The notes: a model not told the origin generated them from the letters alone. A DNA stretch of 32,000 bases from Moraxella nasicaprae (GCF_025643275.1 NZ_CP089977.1:1560001-1592000); one strand, 5' to 3'. Shown: positions 17,645-27,703, numbered from the stretch's first letter. Numbers and translations: made by a program.

Positions 17645-18853
17645 ATGAATAAAAGAAAAATTGCGGTACTTATTGATATCACTCAGATTGGTCACCGCCA
17701 CATCCCCAGTATTTTAAAACAGGCTTGCCAATTTGGTGAGCCTATTACCGTTCGTGCCTATGGCGTATGGACGGCTGAAAATATCATTCCTTGGCACAAA
17801 GTCGCACAAGAATATGACATCGAACTGATTGATAACAGCATTGCAACCGACAAAGACACAACAGTGTTAACGCTAACCATCGATGCTTTGGAAGATTATT
17901 ACAACCAAGTTGATGGATTCATTTTATGCATTCATCACCCAAAATACATACCGCTAATTGAATTTTTAAATAAAAAGCAAATTTTTCATCAAGTGGTTTG
18001 TGCTGAAAATAATATGGAAGCTCTTTCGGTTGCTACCAAAAATATCAAAAACATAGAAACAGATCTGGATAAAAAACCGATTGTAGATTACAATGTGTTA
18101 TCACAAGCCATTGAGCAGTCTGCTGATGTATTAGGCTGGGCAGATGTAGACAAAATTATTAAAGTTTTAAAATTATCCATTCCTCATATTCGCCAAAAAC
18201 AGATTGTAATAAGCTGCCAATCTTGTGCGGATTTTGAAGTGCACAAAACCAAGCAAAATGTTTGGATTCGAAAACAACACTCCCCCAAATCTATTGTTTA
18301 TGACATTAATGCGATTATCCATATTCTGCAATGCATTAAATTACTTATAAAAATGGGTGAAATGCTATGGCTTGAAAATATAGCCACTCTACTAAGTTAC
18401 TACCAATGCGTCCATCCACAAAATTATTCTTGCGAAAGCTATTTGGAATTATTATTGGAGTTGCCATTCTTAACGAAGCGAATTTCTGACGGCAAGATTA
18501 TTTTTGAATACAAGAAATCAGCGAATTACCAGCAAACTTTTTCTGAGCTATTTTTAGCTGGGCAAACGGTACAGGTCTTGGAAATTGTGGATTTAAATAA
18601 GTTACCTAAAATCTCAGGTCTTAGAACCTTAGATGGCACCCATGGAAAGTGGCTAAGAGGGTTTGTACGGCAATTTATCATTCCTAGTACACAAAGAGCA
18701 TCTTACGATATTTTATACCGAGCTTTGACTGAATACCCAGATATTGACAGTGCAGATTTTGGACATAGAAGATGGCTTGGTGTCTTTCAAAGTAGTCATT
18801 TATTTGATGTCGTTGAAAAAGAACAAATTTGGATTGGCTTGACAGATGATTAA
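17645..18853 (+). CDS. NYN (LabA/DUF88-like) domain protein with a degenerate active site and OST-HTH-like C-terminal repeats
   Basis: KIAVLIDITQI..ITVRAYGVWT..ATDKDTTVLTLTIDALEDYY.QVDGFILCIHHPKYIPLIEFL aligns to the NYN pattern IAVFID..N..KRAYGDW..GKNATD..IDAMDL..DGFCLVSSDSDF. The SSDSD acidic motif is replaced by IHHPK. Confidence 0.65.
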   Translation: MNKRKIAVLIDITQIGHRHIPSILKQACQFGEPITVRAYGVWTAENIIPWHKVAQEYDIELIDNSIATDKDTTVLTLTIDALEDYYNQVDGFILCIHHPKYIPLIEFLNKKQIFHQVVCAENNMEALSVATKNIKNIETDLDKKPIVDYNVLSQAIEQSADVLGWADVDKIIKVLKLSIPHIRQKQIVISCQSCADFEVHKTKQNVWIRKQHSPKSIVYDINAIIHILQCIKLLIKMGEMLWLENIATLLSYYQCVHPQNYSCESYLELLLELPFLTKRISDGKIIFEYKKSANYQQTFSELFLAGQTVQVLEIVDLNKLPKISGLRTLDGTHGKWLRGFVRQFIIPSTQRASYDILYRALTEYPDIDSADFGHRRWLGVFQSSHLFDVVEKEQIWIGLTDD

Positions 18854-18971
18854 CACAGCCTCACAATACACGCCAAAATATAACAAAATCCATCACAAAT
18901 CTATCAAATAAGAATAACCCTAAAAACACTTTTTTGTTATACTTGCCAAAAACTTCTTTGAGGATAAACCC

Positions 18972-19379
18972 ATGAATCTTAAAAAATTCTCCACCCTAAC
19001 GCTATGCATCATTCTAGCCCAAAGCCCTTTGGCTGCTACCGCCTTTACTCATGCACCTGCCCATAGCACCACCTCAGGGCTAAATTACCGCATTATCCAA
19101 GACAGTCATGGTAACAAACCCACACTCAATGACGAAGTAGAAATTCGTTTTACTTCTTATAACAGTAAAGGCGAGGTTTTGGAGGGTACATTAAACGGTG
19201 TGCCTGTGATTTTGCCCGTCAGCGAAATGTTCACAGGATTAAAAGAAAGCCTGCTTTTAATGCCTGCGGGTGCGACTTATGAATTTGACATTCCTGCTCA
19301 TTTAGGCTACCAAGAAGAAGGCAAAAGCGGTAGGCAGGCCGCTAAATACCGCATTGAGCTGTTGCGTATCAATCCTTAA
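18972..19379 (+). CDS. Secreted FKBP-type peptidyl-prolyl isomerase-like protein (divergent)
   Basis: Signal peptide MNLKKFSTLTLCIILAQSPLAA. FKBP-like V.I.F..Y...G.V..G......P..LP....F.GL.E.L..M..G....F.IP..LGY pattern and a terminal RIELLRI. Confidence 0.6.
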   Translation: MNLKKFSTLTLCIILAQSPLAATAFTHAPAHSTTSGLNYRIIQDSHGNKPTLNDEVEIRFTSYNSKGEVLEGTLNGVPVILPVSEMFTGLKESLLLMPAGATYEFDIPAHLGYQEEGKSGRQAAKYRIELLRINP

Positions 19380-19422
19380 TAGCCAACAAGCACATTGCGT
19401 CATTGTATTGGTTGTATTAATA

Positions 19423-20490
19423 ATGGATACCTTAGAGCAGTTATTCACTCTAGAAAAACAAAACCCCAATGATGATACCTTATTATCACAAATCGCTTTT
19501 TATTATCTTTCCAACCCTGATGGCGATAAAGAGTTGGAATATTTTAAAAAGGCTTACCAAATCAATCCAAGCATTAAAAACACTCATAATTATGCCTTTT
19601 GGGCGTATTATGAATATGGGGAAGACACATTGGCTTTGAGTTTGTTTCAAGAATTGATAGATAAAAATCCTAAATCGTTTTATCCTTATATGGCGTATGC
19701 CAATCTTCTATTTAAGCCATCAGATTATAGCGATACTGCCAATCTGGATAAACTTAGAAATCATTTGGATTTGATAATTGAGCTGTACGAAAAGGCTTTG
19801 CAAAAATTTAACCATACCACCAAAAACCATCAATTGGCGTGGATTTATAATAATTTAGCTAATTTTTATTTGGTTAATAATAATTTTGAAAAAGCCAAAA
19901 ATTATTATCAAATCGCCCTAACAAAACTCAACAATTATCTTAATGATATAAACAATAAACAAATAAAAGAAGCGTGTTGTTTTGTTTTAAAAAATCAATT
20001 AAAATTATACATCATTCTTGATGATTTGGAGAATGCCAAAAAGAATTTGGCGTTAATTCAACAATATGAAATTCTTGATAATTTAGACATTGCTTATTTA
20101 TATACTTTGATAGGCGATTTTAAAACTGCTTACCAAACTCTGAATGGAGAATTTAATTTTCATTTTACTTGGGATTGGCTTTGTTATGCCATTTGGCAAA
20201 CAGACAAAAAAGTTTGGAAAAATTATCTTAATGCATTGGTTGAAGAAAAGAAATCCATTATCAAAGAATATCAAGATGATTTGGAAAATTGCCAAGATGA
20301 TGAAAAAGCCGATATTCAAGAAACCATTCAATCTCATCAAGAAGATTTGATTCAAATTAATAACTATTTTGATACACCGCCTACTCCAAAATTATCCGCC
20401 AAAGAACAATGTTTGGTAGATTTGCATTATTTCTACAAATGCTGGCTGTTTGGTTGCGAGCATTGTGGCAATTTAGCAGATGACAGTTAA
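19423..20490 (+). CDS. TPR-like repeat protein, AT-rich, function unknown
   Basis: Repeated A..YF.KA....P/N..A...LA..Y helical-repeat pattern (for example LEYFKKAYQINP, ELYEKALQKFN, AKNYYQIALTKLN). C-terminal CWLFGCEHCG. I chose ATG 19423. Confidence 0.55.
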   Translation: MDTLEQLFTLEKQNPNDDTLLSQIAFYYLSNPDGDKELEYFKKAYQINPSIKNTHNYAFWAYYEYGEDTLALSLFQELIDKNPKSFYPYMAYANLLFKPSDYSDTANLDKLRNHLDLIIELYEKALQKFNHTTKNHQLAWIYNNLANFYLVNNNFEKAKNYYQIALTKLNNYLNDINNKQIKEACCFVLKNQLKLYIILDDLENAKKNLALIQQYEILDNLDIAYLYTLIGDFKTAYQTLNGEFNFHFTWDWLCYAIWQTDKKVWKNYLNALVEEKKSIIKEYQDDLENCQDDEKADIQETIQSHQEDLIQINNYFDTPPTPKLSAKEQCLVDLHYFYKCWLFGCEHCGNLADDS

Positions 20491-20501
20491 TTATGTAATT
20501 A

Positions 20502-20510
20502 TGCTATAAT
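20502..20510 (+). promoter_or_regulatory. Extended -10 promoter element TGcTATAAT upstream of the DUF4298-like gene
   Basis: ATGCTATAAT lies 30 nt upstream of ATG 20540. Confidence 0.5.
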
Positions 20511-20539
20511 AATTGAAATTTCCCCTTTTGGAGTAAAAA

Positions 20540-21117
<578 letters not shown>

Positions 21118-21154
21118 AGCACCATCATTGATTGCCCATACGCTGGCAAGCACA

Positions 21155-21185
21155 CCCCTGATGAGACTCATTGGGGGATTTTTTG
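21155..21185 (+). terminator. Probable intrinsic terminator after yfhL
   Basis: CCCCTGATGAG a CTCATTGGGGG is an imperfect hairpin followed by ATTTTTT. Confidence 0.5.
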
Positions 21186-21233
21186 TGCGTGAATGGTCCC
21201 AAATAGCAATAATTCTTGTTTATTTTTATAAAT

Positions 21234-21276
21234 GCTAGAAATTATCATTTACATGCTTGAAAAATTTTGTTAAAAT
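21234..21276 (+). promoter_or_regulatory. Candidate sigma70 promoter (TTTACA-17-TAAAAT) with an overlapping Fur-box-like sequence, upstream of the TonB-dependent receptor
   Basis: TTTACA at 21248-21253, a 17-bp spacer, then TAAAAT at 21271-21276. GCTAGAAATTATCATTTAC (21234-21252) matches 12/19 positions of GATAATGATAATCATTATC by hand alignment. Confidence 0.35.
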
Positions 21277-21397
21277 ATTTCTCGTACCTTGCAGAATGTT
21301 CCCACTGTAAAGTTTCTTTGAAATTGATGAGGGGTTTATGGCAAGGTTTGTTTGTTATTTGCTAATTTTCCAAAACTGTTCAAAAACAGAGGTAATT

Positions 21398-23482
21398 ATG
21401 AAAGGCTGTAAACAACTGCCATTGACTGCGGCTGTGCTTGGTGCATTATTCACCAGTGCTGCATTTGCTCAAACCACCGACACACAGACCGTGGATTTGG
21501 GTACGGAAGTGATTAGAATTGACCGTTTGGGTGCTAAGGTTAAGACCAATGTGGTTACGCTACAAGAAAAGGAAGAAAGCACAGCAACAGATTTGCGTGA
21601 ACTGCTAAAAGATGAGCCAGCCATTGATTTTAGTGGTGGTAATGGCACTTCTCAGTATATCGCCATTCGTGGTATGGGTCAAAACTCAATCGATGTCAAA
21701 GTTGATAATGCTTATAGCGATACTCAAATTCTTTACCATCAAGGTCGCCATCAATTAGATCCTGCATTGGTTAAAATTGTCGAAGTGCAAAAAGGTGCTG
21801 GCGGTGCATCAGCAGGTATTGGTGCAACCAACGGTGCAATCATTGCTAAGACTGTTGATGCTCACGATCTGCTAAAAGGTTCGGACAAGAATTATGGAGT
21901 AAAAGTTGGTGCTGGTTATAGTAGCAACAAAGAAGTTTCAGGCTCTATCAGTGCGTTTGGTAAGACAGATAATTTTGACTTGTTGATTTCTGGCAACTAT
22001 GTTGACCAAGATAATTATGAGGCAGGCAAAGGTGTTGAGCAAATCACCAGTGCAGCAGATGGTACTCGTGAATACATCAGCCCTGTTGATGGTAGTAAAA
22101 CTGTACCATACAGTGCTTTGGAAAAAGTGAGCTACCTTGCTAAGGCAGGCGTGAACTTGGGCAACCATCGTTTTGTACTCAGCCACTTTAAGACCAATAA
22201 CAAAGGTACTCGTAACATTCGTGAAGAGTTTAATGTTTTTGATGGTCAAGACCCACAATATCGTGAATTATCACTAGAAAATACCAATTTGGAATATTCA
22301 GCCAAAGATTTGGGCAAATTTGTTAGTGCGATTGATGCTAATGTGTACTTGATGAAAAATACTCGTGAGTCTGCAGATGATGCCAAGAGTGGTTATGCAG
22401 GTCGTTTCGCTGGTGATAACAAAACCTCCATTGAGACCAAAGGGGCGAACATCAACTTTGATAGCGAGCCTGTTGATGGCGTACTACTAAAAACTGGTGT
22501 CAATTATCGTCATCAAGAAGCATTCCCAAATAAACTAGAAGCAGGCTTGGTTAATCAAGAAAAAACTGACTTGGGTGTCTATGCCGAAGCGATTGGCGAG
22601 GTGGGTAATTTCACTTTGACAACTGGTGTCCGTTATGACCACTTCAAAATCACAGCAATGGACGGCAAGGAAGTGTCTGGCAGTTCTGTCAGCCCAAGTG
22701 TTGGCGTGATTTGGGAACCTGTTGCTGGTCTAAGCTTTAATGCAGTGCATAACCATGCCACTCGCAGTCCACGCCTATATGATGCCTTGACAGCACATGG
22801 TCGCCGTGCGGTAGTGTCTGTGGCGGATAATGCTACGGCTGAGCGTGCCAAGAATACTGAGATTGGCTTTAACTACAACAAAGGCGGTTTCTCGCTAAAT
22901 GGTAGCTACTTCTGGCAACGCATTGACAATCTACTAAACAGTGCTCCAAATGGCAGACATGCTGAACTAAATGTCAATCAAAACCTAATCGGTAATGTTG
23001 GTCATGCTAAAAATAAAGGCTATGAAATCAATGCTGCCTATCGTGCTAATGGTGTAACCGTTCGTGCAGGCGTGGCAGAAAGCAAGCCTGAATATTATAG
23101 CGATCGCCCATTTAACAACCGTGAATATGGCAATCGAATCGGTCGCACCTATACCGCAGGTCTTGCCTATCGTTTTGCTCCTGTAAACCTAGAAGTAGGT
23201 GCAAACTATCGCCGTGTGGATAAGGTTACAGGCGAAAGTGCTTGGATGGAACATAAAGTCTCAAATCCTCGAGCTCGTGGCGACAACGATTTGAATCTAG
23301 TTAAATACGGCTATGATGTGGTTGATTTGTACGCCAACTATAAACCGTTGAACAATGATAAGCTAAACATTAACTTGGCTGTCAATAATGTGGCAGACAA
23401 ATATTATATCCCACATACCGCTACTTCTGGTTTACCAGCAGCTGGTCGTGAATATCGTGTGGGTGTAAACTTCACTTACTAA
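21398..23482 (+). CDS. TonB-dependent outer-membrane receptor (substrate unknown)
   Basis: Signal peptide MKGCKQLPLTAAVLGALFTSAAFAQ. Plug-domain motifs (IAIRGMGQNSIDVKVDN, VEVQKGAGGASAGIGATNGAI). C-terminal beta-barrel ending ...REYRVGVNFTY with an aromatic last residue. I chose ATG 21398, preceded by AGAGG. Confidence 0.85.
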   Translation: MKGCKQLPLTAAVLGALFTSAAFAQTTDTQTVDLGTEVIRIDRLGAKVKTNVVTLQEKEESTATDLRELLKDEPAIDFSGGNGTSQYIAIRGMGQNSIDVKVDNAYSDTQILYHQGRHQLDPALVKIVEVQKGAGGASAGIGATNGAIIAKTVDAHDLLKGSDKNYGVKVGAGYSSNKEVSGSISAFGKTDNFDLLISGNYVDQDNYEAGKGVEQITSAADGTREYISPVDGSKTVPYSALEKVSYLAKAGVNLGNHRFVLSHFKTNNKGTRNIREEFNVFDGQDPQYRELSLENTNLEYSAKDLGKFVSAIDANVYLMKNTRESADDAKSGYAGRFAGDNKTSIETKGANINFDSEPVDGVLLKTGVNYRHQEAFPNKLEAGLVNQEKTDLGVYAEAIGEVGNFTLTTGVRYDHFKITAMDGKEVSGSSVSPSVGVIWEPVAGLSFNAVHNHATRSPRLYDALTAHGRRAVVSVADNATAERAKNTEIGFNYNKGGFSLNGSYFWQRIDNLLNSAPNGRHAELNVNQNLIGNVGHAKNKGYEINAAYRANGVTVRAGVAESKPEYYSDRPFNNREYGNRIGRTYTAGLAYRFAPVNLEVGANYRRVDKVTGESAWMEHKVSNPRARGDNDLNLVKYGYDVVDLYANYKPLNNDKLNINLAVNNVADKYYIPHTATSGLPAAGREYRVGVNFTY

Positions 23483-23503
23483 TCACGATATTAATGTTAA
23501 GAA

Positions 23504-23537
23504 AAACGCTCAGAATGATTCTGGGCGTTTTTTTTTG
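23504..23537 (+). terminator. Intrinsic terminator of the TonB-dependent receptor gene
   Basis: AACGCTCAGA atgat TCTGGGCGTT followed by T9. Confidence 0.8.
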
Positions 23538-23631
23538 ATTTTATCTTGCATGGATGATTGATTGGGTAGGGCTGACACTCAAAGATGATGCCAGTCAGCC
23601 AGCAGCGTGAATAAAAAGCAATGCAGACTCA

Positions 23632-23662
23632 TAAAAAAAGACAGGCATACATACACCTGTCT
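23632..23662 (-). terminator. Intrinsic terminator of the Sel1-repeat gene
   Basis: AGACAGG catacataca CCTGTCT, with an A-run on the + strand that reads as a T-run on the - strand. Confidence 0.65.
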
Positions 23663-23681
23663 TATTACTAAGCGAATTTAA

Positions 23682-24248
23682 TCAGTGATTTTGAAACCAG
23701 GCGTTGGCACTTTTTTTGGCGGATTCGATTTCGCTAGATGATAGGTTAAGAGCAAGCTGGCTAACTTTGGCTTTGGCACGATGACGCACAGCATCATCAA
23801 GCATGCCATCACGAGTTGATAAATCATACCATTTATAAGCATCGACCAGTCGCTGCTGCTGCTCATCAATCATTGCCAATGCGTAGCTGGCACGGTTGTC
23901 GCCCAAATTGGCGGCTTTTTCTAGCCATGCACGACCCTGATTCATGTTGGCAGGCACGCCCTCGCCACGCAAGTACATGATGCCCAGATTAAGCTGAGCA
24001 GGGGCAATATTGCGTTCGGCAGCACGAGTGTACCAATAGATGGCTTTGTTGGCGTCTTTGGCAACACCTTGTCCTTTTTGTAGGCGTTTTGCTAGGAAAA
24101 ATTGGGCGTGATGGTCGCCGTTTGATGCCTGATTGGTCAAAGTATTGATGTCCATCATATCAAAGTGAGCACCAGATTGGTGGCTTTGAGCGTGGGCAGT
24201 ACCGATACCAAGCAAGCTGGTTAATAAAAAATATTTAAAAAATTTCAT
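23682..24248 (-). CDS. Secreted Sel1-like repeat (SLR) protein
   Basis: Signal peptide MKFFKYFLLTSLLGIGTAHA. SLR modules (A.YWY..AAE.....AQ..LG.MY..G.GV..N...A..W..KAA). Confidence 0.8.
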   Translation of the reverse strand: MKFFKYFLLTSLLGIGTAHAQSHQSGAHFDMMDINTLTNQASNGDHHAQFFLAKRLQKGQGVAKDANKAIYWYTRAAERNIAPAQLNLGIMYLRGEGVPANMNQGRAWLEKAANLGDNRASYALAMIDEQQQRLVDAYKWYDLSTRDGMLDDAVRHRAKAKVSQLALNLSSSEIESAKKSANAWFQNH

Positions 24249-24362
24249 TTAATTTTTCCATATTAACAAAATTGCCAAACAATCACAAAAGGGTAACATC
24301 AGATGCCAAAAAACTCAATGGCAAAACCGTATCGCAAGCGTTACAAAATGTTAGCAAGAGCA

Positions 24363-24983
24363 TCAATCATCTTTGGCGATACGATACACGGCCACATCCG
24401 CCAGCAGATTTGGTGAATATTTGACCAATCGTCCCATGAGCGAGCGAGGGTTGGTTGGATTGTCATTATCAAAGATGGCAATGGTGTCCAAAATGCGAAT
24501 GTTGTTTTCATCGCACAGTCGTTCGAAATCTTTGAAAGTGCATAGATGAATATTTGGGGTGTTGTACCACTGATGAGGCAGGGTTTCACTCATTGGCATG
24601 ATGCCTTTTAAGCCCAAATAAACACGGTTTTGCCAGTAGGCAAAATTTGGAAAAGTAACAATGCCTTCTTTGGCAACCCTAAGCATATCTAGCAGTAGCG
24701 TCTTAGGGTTTTTGACCGCTTGCAAGGCACGAGCCATCACAACAGTATCAAAACTGCCATCTGCAAAACGAGATAAGCCATCGTTTAGGTCTTGTTCGAT
24801 GATGTTTAAGCCTTTGCCAATGGCTTCGTCAATCTTGCGTTCGTCAATCTCCAAGCCATATCCTGTGATGTTTAGGGTATTTTGTAGATGGGCAAGCAAA
24901 GTGCCATCACCACAGCCCAAATCCAGCACACGAGAGTTGGGGGTAATCCATTTTTCGACGAGCTGATGGTCAATATTATTCAT
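24363..24983 (-). CDS. metW: Methionine biosynthesis protein MetW
   Basis: SAM-methyltransferase-like [12 protein letters not shown] motif. Typical MetW length, and translationally coupled (ATGA) to the upstream metX. Confidence 0.85.
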   Translation of the reverse strand: MNNIDHQLVEKWITPNSRVLDLGCGDGTLLAHLQNTLNITGYGLEIDERKIDEAIGKGLNIIEQDLNDGLSRFADGSFDTVVMARALQAVKNPKTLLLDMLRVAKEGIVTFPNFAYWQNRVYLGLKGIMPMSETLPHQWYNTPNIHLCTFKDFERLCDENNIRILDTIAIFDNDNPTNPRSLMGRLVKYSPNLLADVAVYRIAKDD

Positions 24984-26155
24984 AGATGATCCTTATTGGG
25001 CAATGGGGCTTGTAAAAAACCTTTGACCGCATTGACATAGCGAGGAATATCAAACAAAAACGAATCATGTCCATGTGGTGCGTCCACATTGACAAAACTG
25101 ACAGGTTTTTGGTTGGCAATCAAGGCATCAACGATTTCAATGGAGCGTTCGGGACTAAATCGCCAATCGGTCGTGAAAGAGACGATGAGAAATTGGCATT
25201 GCGTGCGTTCAAGGGCGATTTTTAGAGCGGTTGCATCATCAAGACCATCATCGGCATAATCTCGTGATGGGTCAAAATAGTCAAGTGCCTTGGTCATCAA
25301 AAGATAAGTATTGGCATCAAAATTTTTGCTAAATCGTTCGCCTTGATAGCGTAGATAGCTTTCGACCTGAAATTCAACATCGTAGCCGTACATGAATTTG
25401 CCTGATTTTAAGTCTCGTCCAAATTTCTCTTTCATCGCCTCTTCGGTGATGTAGGTGATGTGTCCGACCATGCGAGCCAAAATCAAGCCCCGTCTAGGAT
25501 AAGTGCCGTGCTGCAAGTACCAACCATCGTGAAAATCTGGGTCGGATAAAATCGATTGACGAGCCACTTCATTAAAAGCGATGTTTTGGGCAGATAATTT
25601 GGGTGTGCTGGCGATGATGACGGCTCGTGATAGGCGGTCTGGATAATCTACCGACCATTGCAACGCCTGCATACCGCCCATGGAGCCACCCACGATGGCG
25701 TGCCATTTTTTGATGCCCAGACGGTCAGAGAGCATCACTTGGGTATTGACCCAGTCTTTGATGGTGATGAGTGGAAAGTCCGCCCCCCAAATTTTGCCTG
25801 TATCAGGATTGATGCTGGTTGGGCCTGTTGAGCCGTGACATGAGCCGATATTATTTAGACAAACCACAAAAAATCGACTGGTGTCAATCGCTTTACCATT
25901 GCCAATCAAAGCGTCCCACCAACCTGCTTTGGTGTCGTCTGCTGAGTGATAGCCAGCAGCATGATGAGAGCCAGATAGGGCATGACAAATCAAAATGGCG
26001 TTGGATTTGTCTGCATTGAGTGTTCCGTAGGTTTCGATAACCAGCTCAAAAGATGGCAAGACTCGCTCGCATTCTAAGCGTAGTGGTGTCTGAAAATGTA
26101 AAGTCTGTGGCGTAACAATGCCCACCGATGATGGGTCTAAATGTGGTGCTGACAC
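24980..26155 (-). CDS. metX: Homoserine O-acetyltransferase MetX
   Basis: [17 protein letters not shown], the [12 protein letters not shown] nucleophile elbow and a C-terminal SDWRFSP-like motif (TTDWRFSP). A GTG start at 26155 is assumed. Confidence 0.9.
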   Translation of the reverse strand: MSAPHLDPSSVGIVTPQTLHFQTPLRLECERVLPSFELVIETYGTLNADKSNAILICHALSGSHHAAGYHSADDTKAGWWDALIGNGKAIDTSRFFVVCLNNIGSCHGSTGPTSINPDTGKIWGADFPLITIKDWVNTQVMLSDRLGIKKWHAIVGGSMGGMQALQWSVDYPDRLSRAVIIASTPKLSAQNIAFNEVARQSILSDPDFHDGWYLQHGTYPRRGLILARMVGHITYITEEAMKEKFGRDLKSGKFMYGYDVEFQVESYLRYQGERFSKNFDANTYLLMTKALDYFDPSRDYADDGLDDATALKIALERTQCQFLIVSFTTDWRFSPERSIEIVDALIANQKPVSFVNVDAPHGHDSFLFDIPRYVNAVKGFLQAPLPNKDHL

Positions 26156-26535
26156 AGCATTCCCCTAGTGTGTTATTTTGGCGACCAGTAAAAGTTTGGC
26201 TTGGGTTGATTAAAGATGGTCAGGGCTGATGAATTTATCCAAAATTTGCCTGTTTTATCAGATGGATATTGTAGAGCGAAATGCCTTGATTATCAATGGT
26301 TTTGGTAATTTTTTTGGCGTCATCTGATGGATGTTCATCAAAGTTTTGGCAAAATGGTGGTGTATTTGCTGGATTTGGGTTGGTTGTTTGATGATATGTT
26401 TAGATAAATCAAGAAGTCAGTCAAATTTATCAGATTTTTATACAAAAAAATGCTAAACTAGATGAATTAAAACCATGATGACTGGTTGTCATATCACGAA
26501 TTAAACAACCAACCGACTAACTGTTTGAAAACATT

Positions 26536-27507
26536 ATGACCAAAAAAACTGCGATTTTATTGATTAATTTAGGCACGCCTGATGCACCCACACCACAAGC
26601 GGTCAAAGCCTACCTCAAAGAGTTTTTGAGCGATCAGCGAGTGATTGAAATTCCCAAGCTGATTTGGCAGGTGATTTTACGCTTATTTGTACTAACCACC
26701 AGACCCAAGCGAGTGGCTCATGCTTACCAGAGTGTGTGGACAGACGATGGTTCACCGTTGCTGGCGATTTTAAAAGCCCAAGCCCGCTCTTTGCAGGCAC
26801 ATTTGAGCACTCAGGGCGTTGATGTGCCTGTGTATCCTGCCACGACTTATGGCAATCCTTCCATCAAAAATGTCCTGACAGAACTGACCGCTCAGGGCTA
26901 TGATAATTTTGTTTGCCTGCCACTGTATCCGCAGTATTCAGCGACTTCGACAGCAGCGGCATTTGATAAGATTGCCAAATTTGCGATGGCAAGTCGCAAT
27001 ATGCCGCAGATTCATTTTATCAAAGAGTATCATGACGACCCAATGTACATTGATGCTTTGGCTCAAAGTATTGAGCGTTATTGGCAGGAGCATGGACGAG
27101 CAGATAGATTGCTATTTAGCTTTCATGGCATTCCAAAACCATATGCAGATAAAGGCGACCCTTATCCAGAACAATGTCGTACGACAGCGGTGCTGGTGGC
27201 GGATAAGCTGGGCTTGATGGCTCATGAATGGGCGATTAGTTTTCAGTCTCGTTTTGGGGCACAAGAATGGCTAAAACCTTACACCGATGAGCTGCTGACC
27301 GAATGGGGGCAGGCTGGCGTGTCAGTACAAGTGGCAAGCCCTGCGTTTTCGGCTGATTGCTTGGAGACGCTTGAAGAATTGGCGGTTGAAAACCGAGACA
27401 ATTTCTTGGAGGCTGGGGGCAAATCTTATGCTTATATTCCTGCATTAAATACCGATGAACTGCATATTGAATTGATGGCAAAACTGATTAAACCGCATTT
27501 GTTGTAA
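26536..27507 (+). CDS. hemH: Ferrochelatase
   Basis: TAILLINLGTPDAPT..VKAYLKEFLSDQRVIEIP.., LPLYPQYSATST, FSFHGIP, and SPAFSADCLETLEE near the C-terminus. Confidence 0.92.
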   Translation: MTKKTAILLINLGTPDAPTPQAVKAYLKEFLSDQRVIEIPKLIWQVILRLFVLTTRPKRVAHAYQSVWTDDGSPLLAILKAQARSLQAHLSTQGVDVPVYPATTYGNPSIKNVLTELTAQGYDNFVCLPLYPQYSATSTAAAFDKIAKFAMASRNMPQIHFIKEYHDDPMYIDALAQSIERYWQEHGRADRLLFSFHGIPKPYADKGDPYPEQCRTTAVLVADKLGLMAHEWAISFQSRFGAQEWLKPYTDELLTEWGQAGVSVQVASPAFSADCLETLEELAVENRDNFLEAGGKSYAYIPALNTDELHIELMAKLIKPHLL

Positions 27508-27523
27508 TATTCACGTCATTCAG

Positions 27524-27555
27524 ACACCGTTTGAGCAGTTTAAACGGTGTTTTTG
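27524..27555 (+). terminator. Intrinsic terminator of hemH
   Basis: ACACCGTTT gagcagttt AAACGGTGT followed by TTTTTG. Confidence 0.85.
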
Positions 27556-27560
27556 TTTTT

Positions 27561-27613
27561 TAAAATGGGAAAAATAATTTTTCAGGTAGCCTGAAAAAAC
27601 ATATTTTCCATTT
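27561..27613. repeat. Post-terminator repeat with nested inverted repeats and a DUS-like core (AGGTAGCCTGAA, 27584-27595)
   Basis: TAAAATGGGAAAAATAATTTTTCAGGTAGCCTGAAAAAACATATTTTCCATTT. The inner near-palindrome is TTTTTCAGG..CCTGAAAAA. The outer arms AAATGGGAAAAATA / ATATTTTCCATTT are imperfect. It is homologous to 31281-31316. Confidence 0.65.
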
Positions 27614-27666
27614 ATAAAAACAAACTTCCAAAAAATCGCTATTCTATTATCAATTTTAAAATTTTA

Positions 27667-27703
27667 TATTACGCTCATCGTCATCCATTCAATGAGCGTA
27701 ATA
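27667..27703. promoter_or_regulatory. Perfect 12-bp inverted repeat spanning the -10 region to the start codon of the hydrolase gene
   Basis: TATTACGCTCAT (27667-27678), a 13-nt spacer, then ATGAGCGTAATA (27692-27703). The right arm covers the weak SD and the A of ATG 27703. Confidence 0.5.

Noticed and set aside
21398-23482. Assigning the TonB-dependent receptor as ZnuD/TdfJ (zinc), or as a haem receptor.
   Set aside because: On reflection its plug and barrel motifs do not match the ZnuD sequence as I remember it. I see no clear FRAP/NPNL haem-receptor boxes and no convincing Zur box upstream. The substrate is left unassigned.
26156-26535. A possible SAM riboswitch or other leader RNA in the 380-bp metX-hemH intergenic region. 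Also a 32-aa ORF starting at 26229, and the repeated CAGATGGATATT / CTGATGGATGTT.
   Set aside because: I could not identify SAM-I, SAM-II or SAM/SAH consensus elements or a convincing terminator/antiterminator pair by eye. The mini-ORF has no RBS. The short repeats are weak. A covariance-model scan (Rfam) would be needed.
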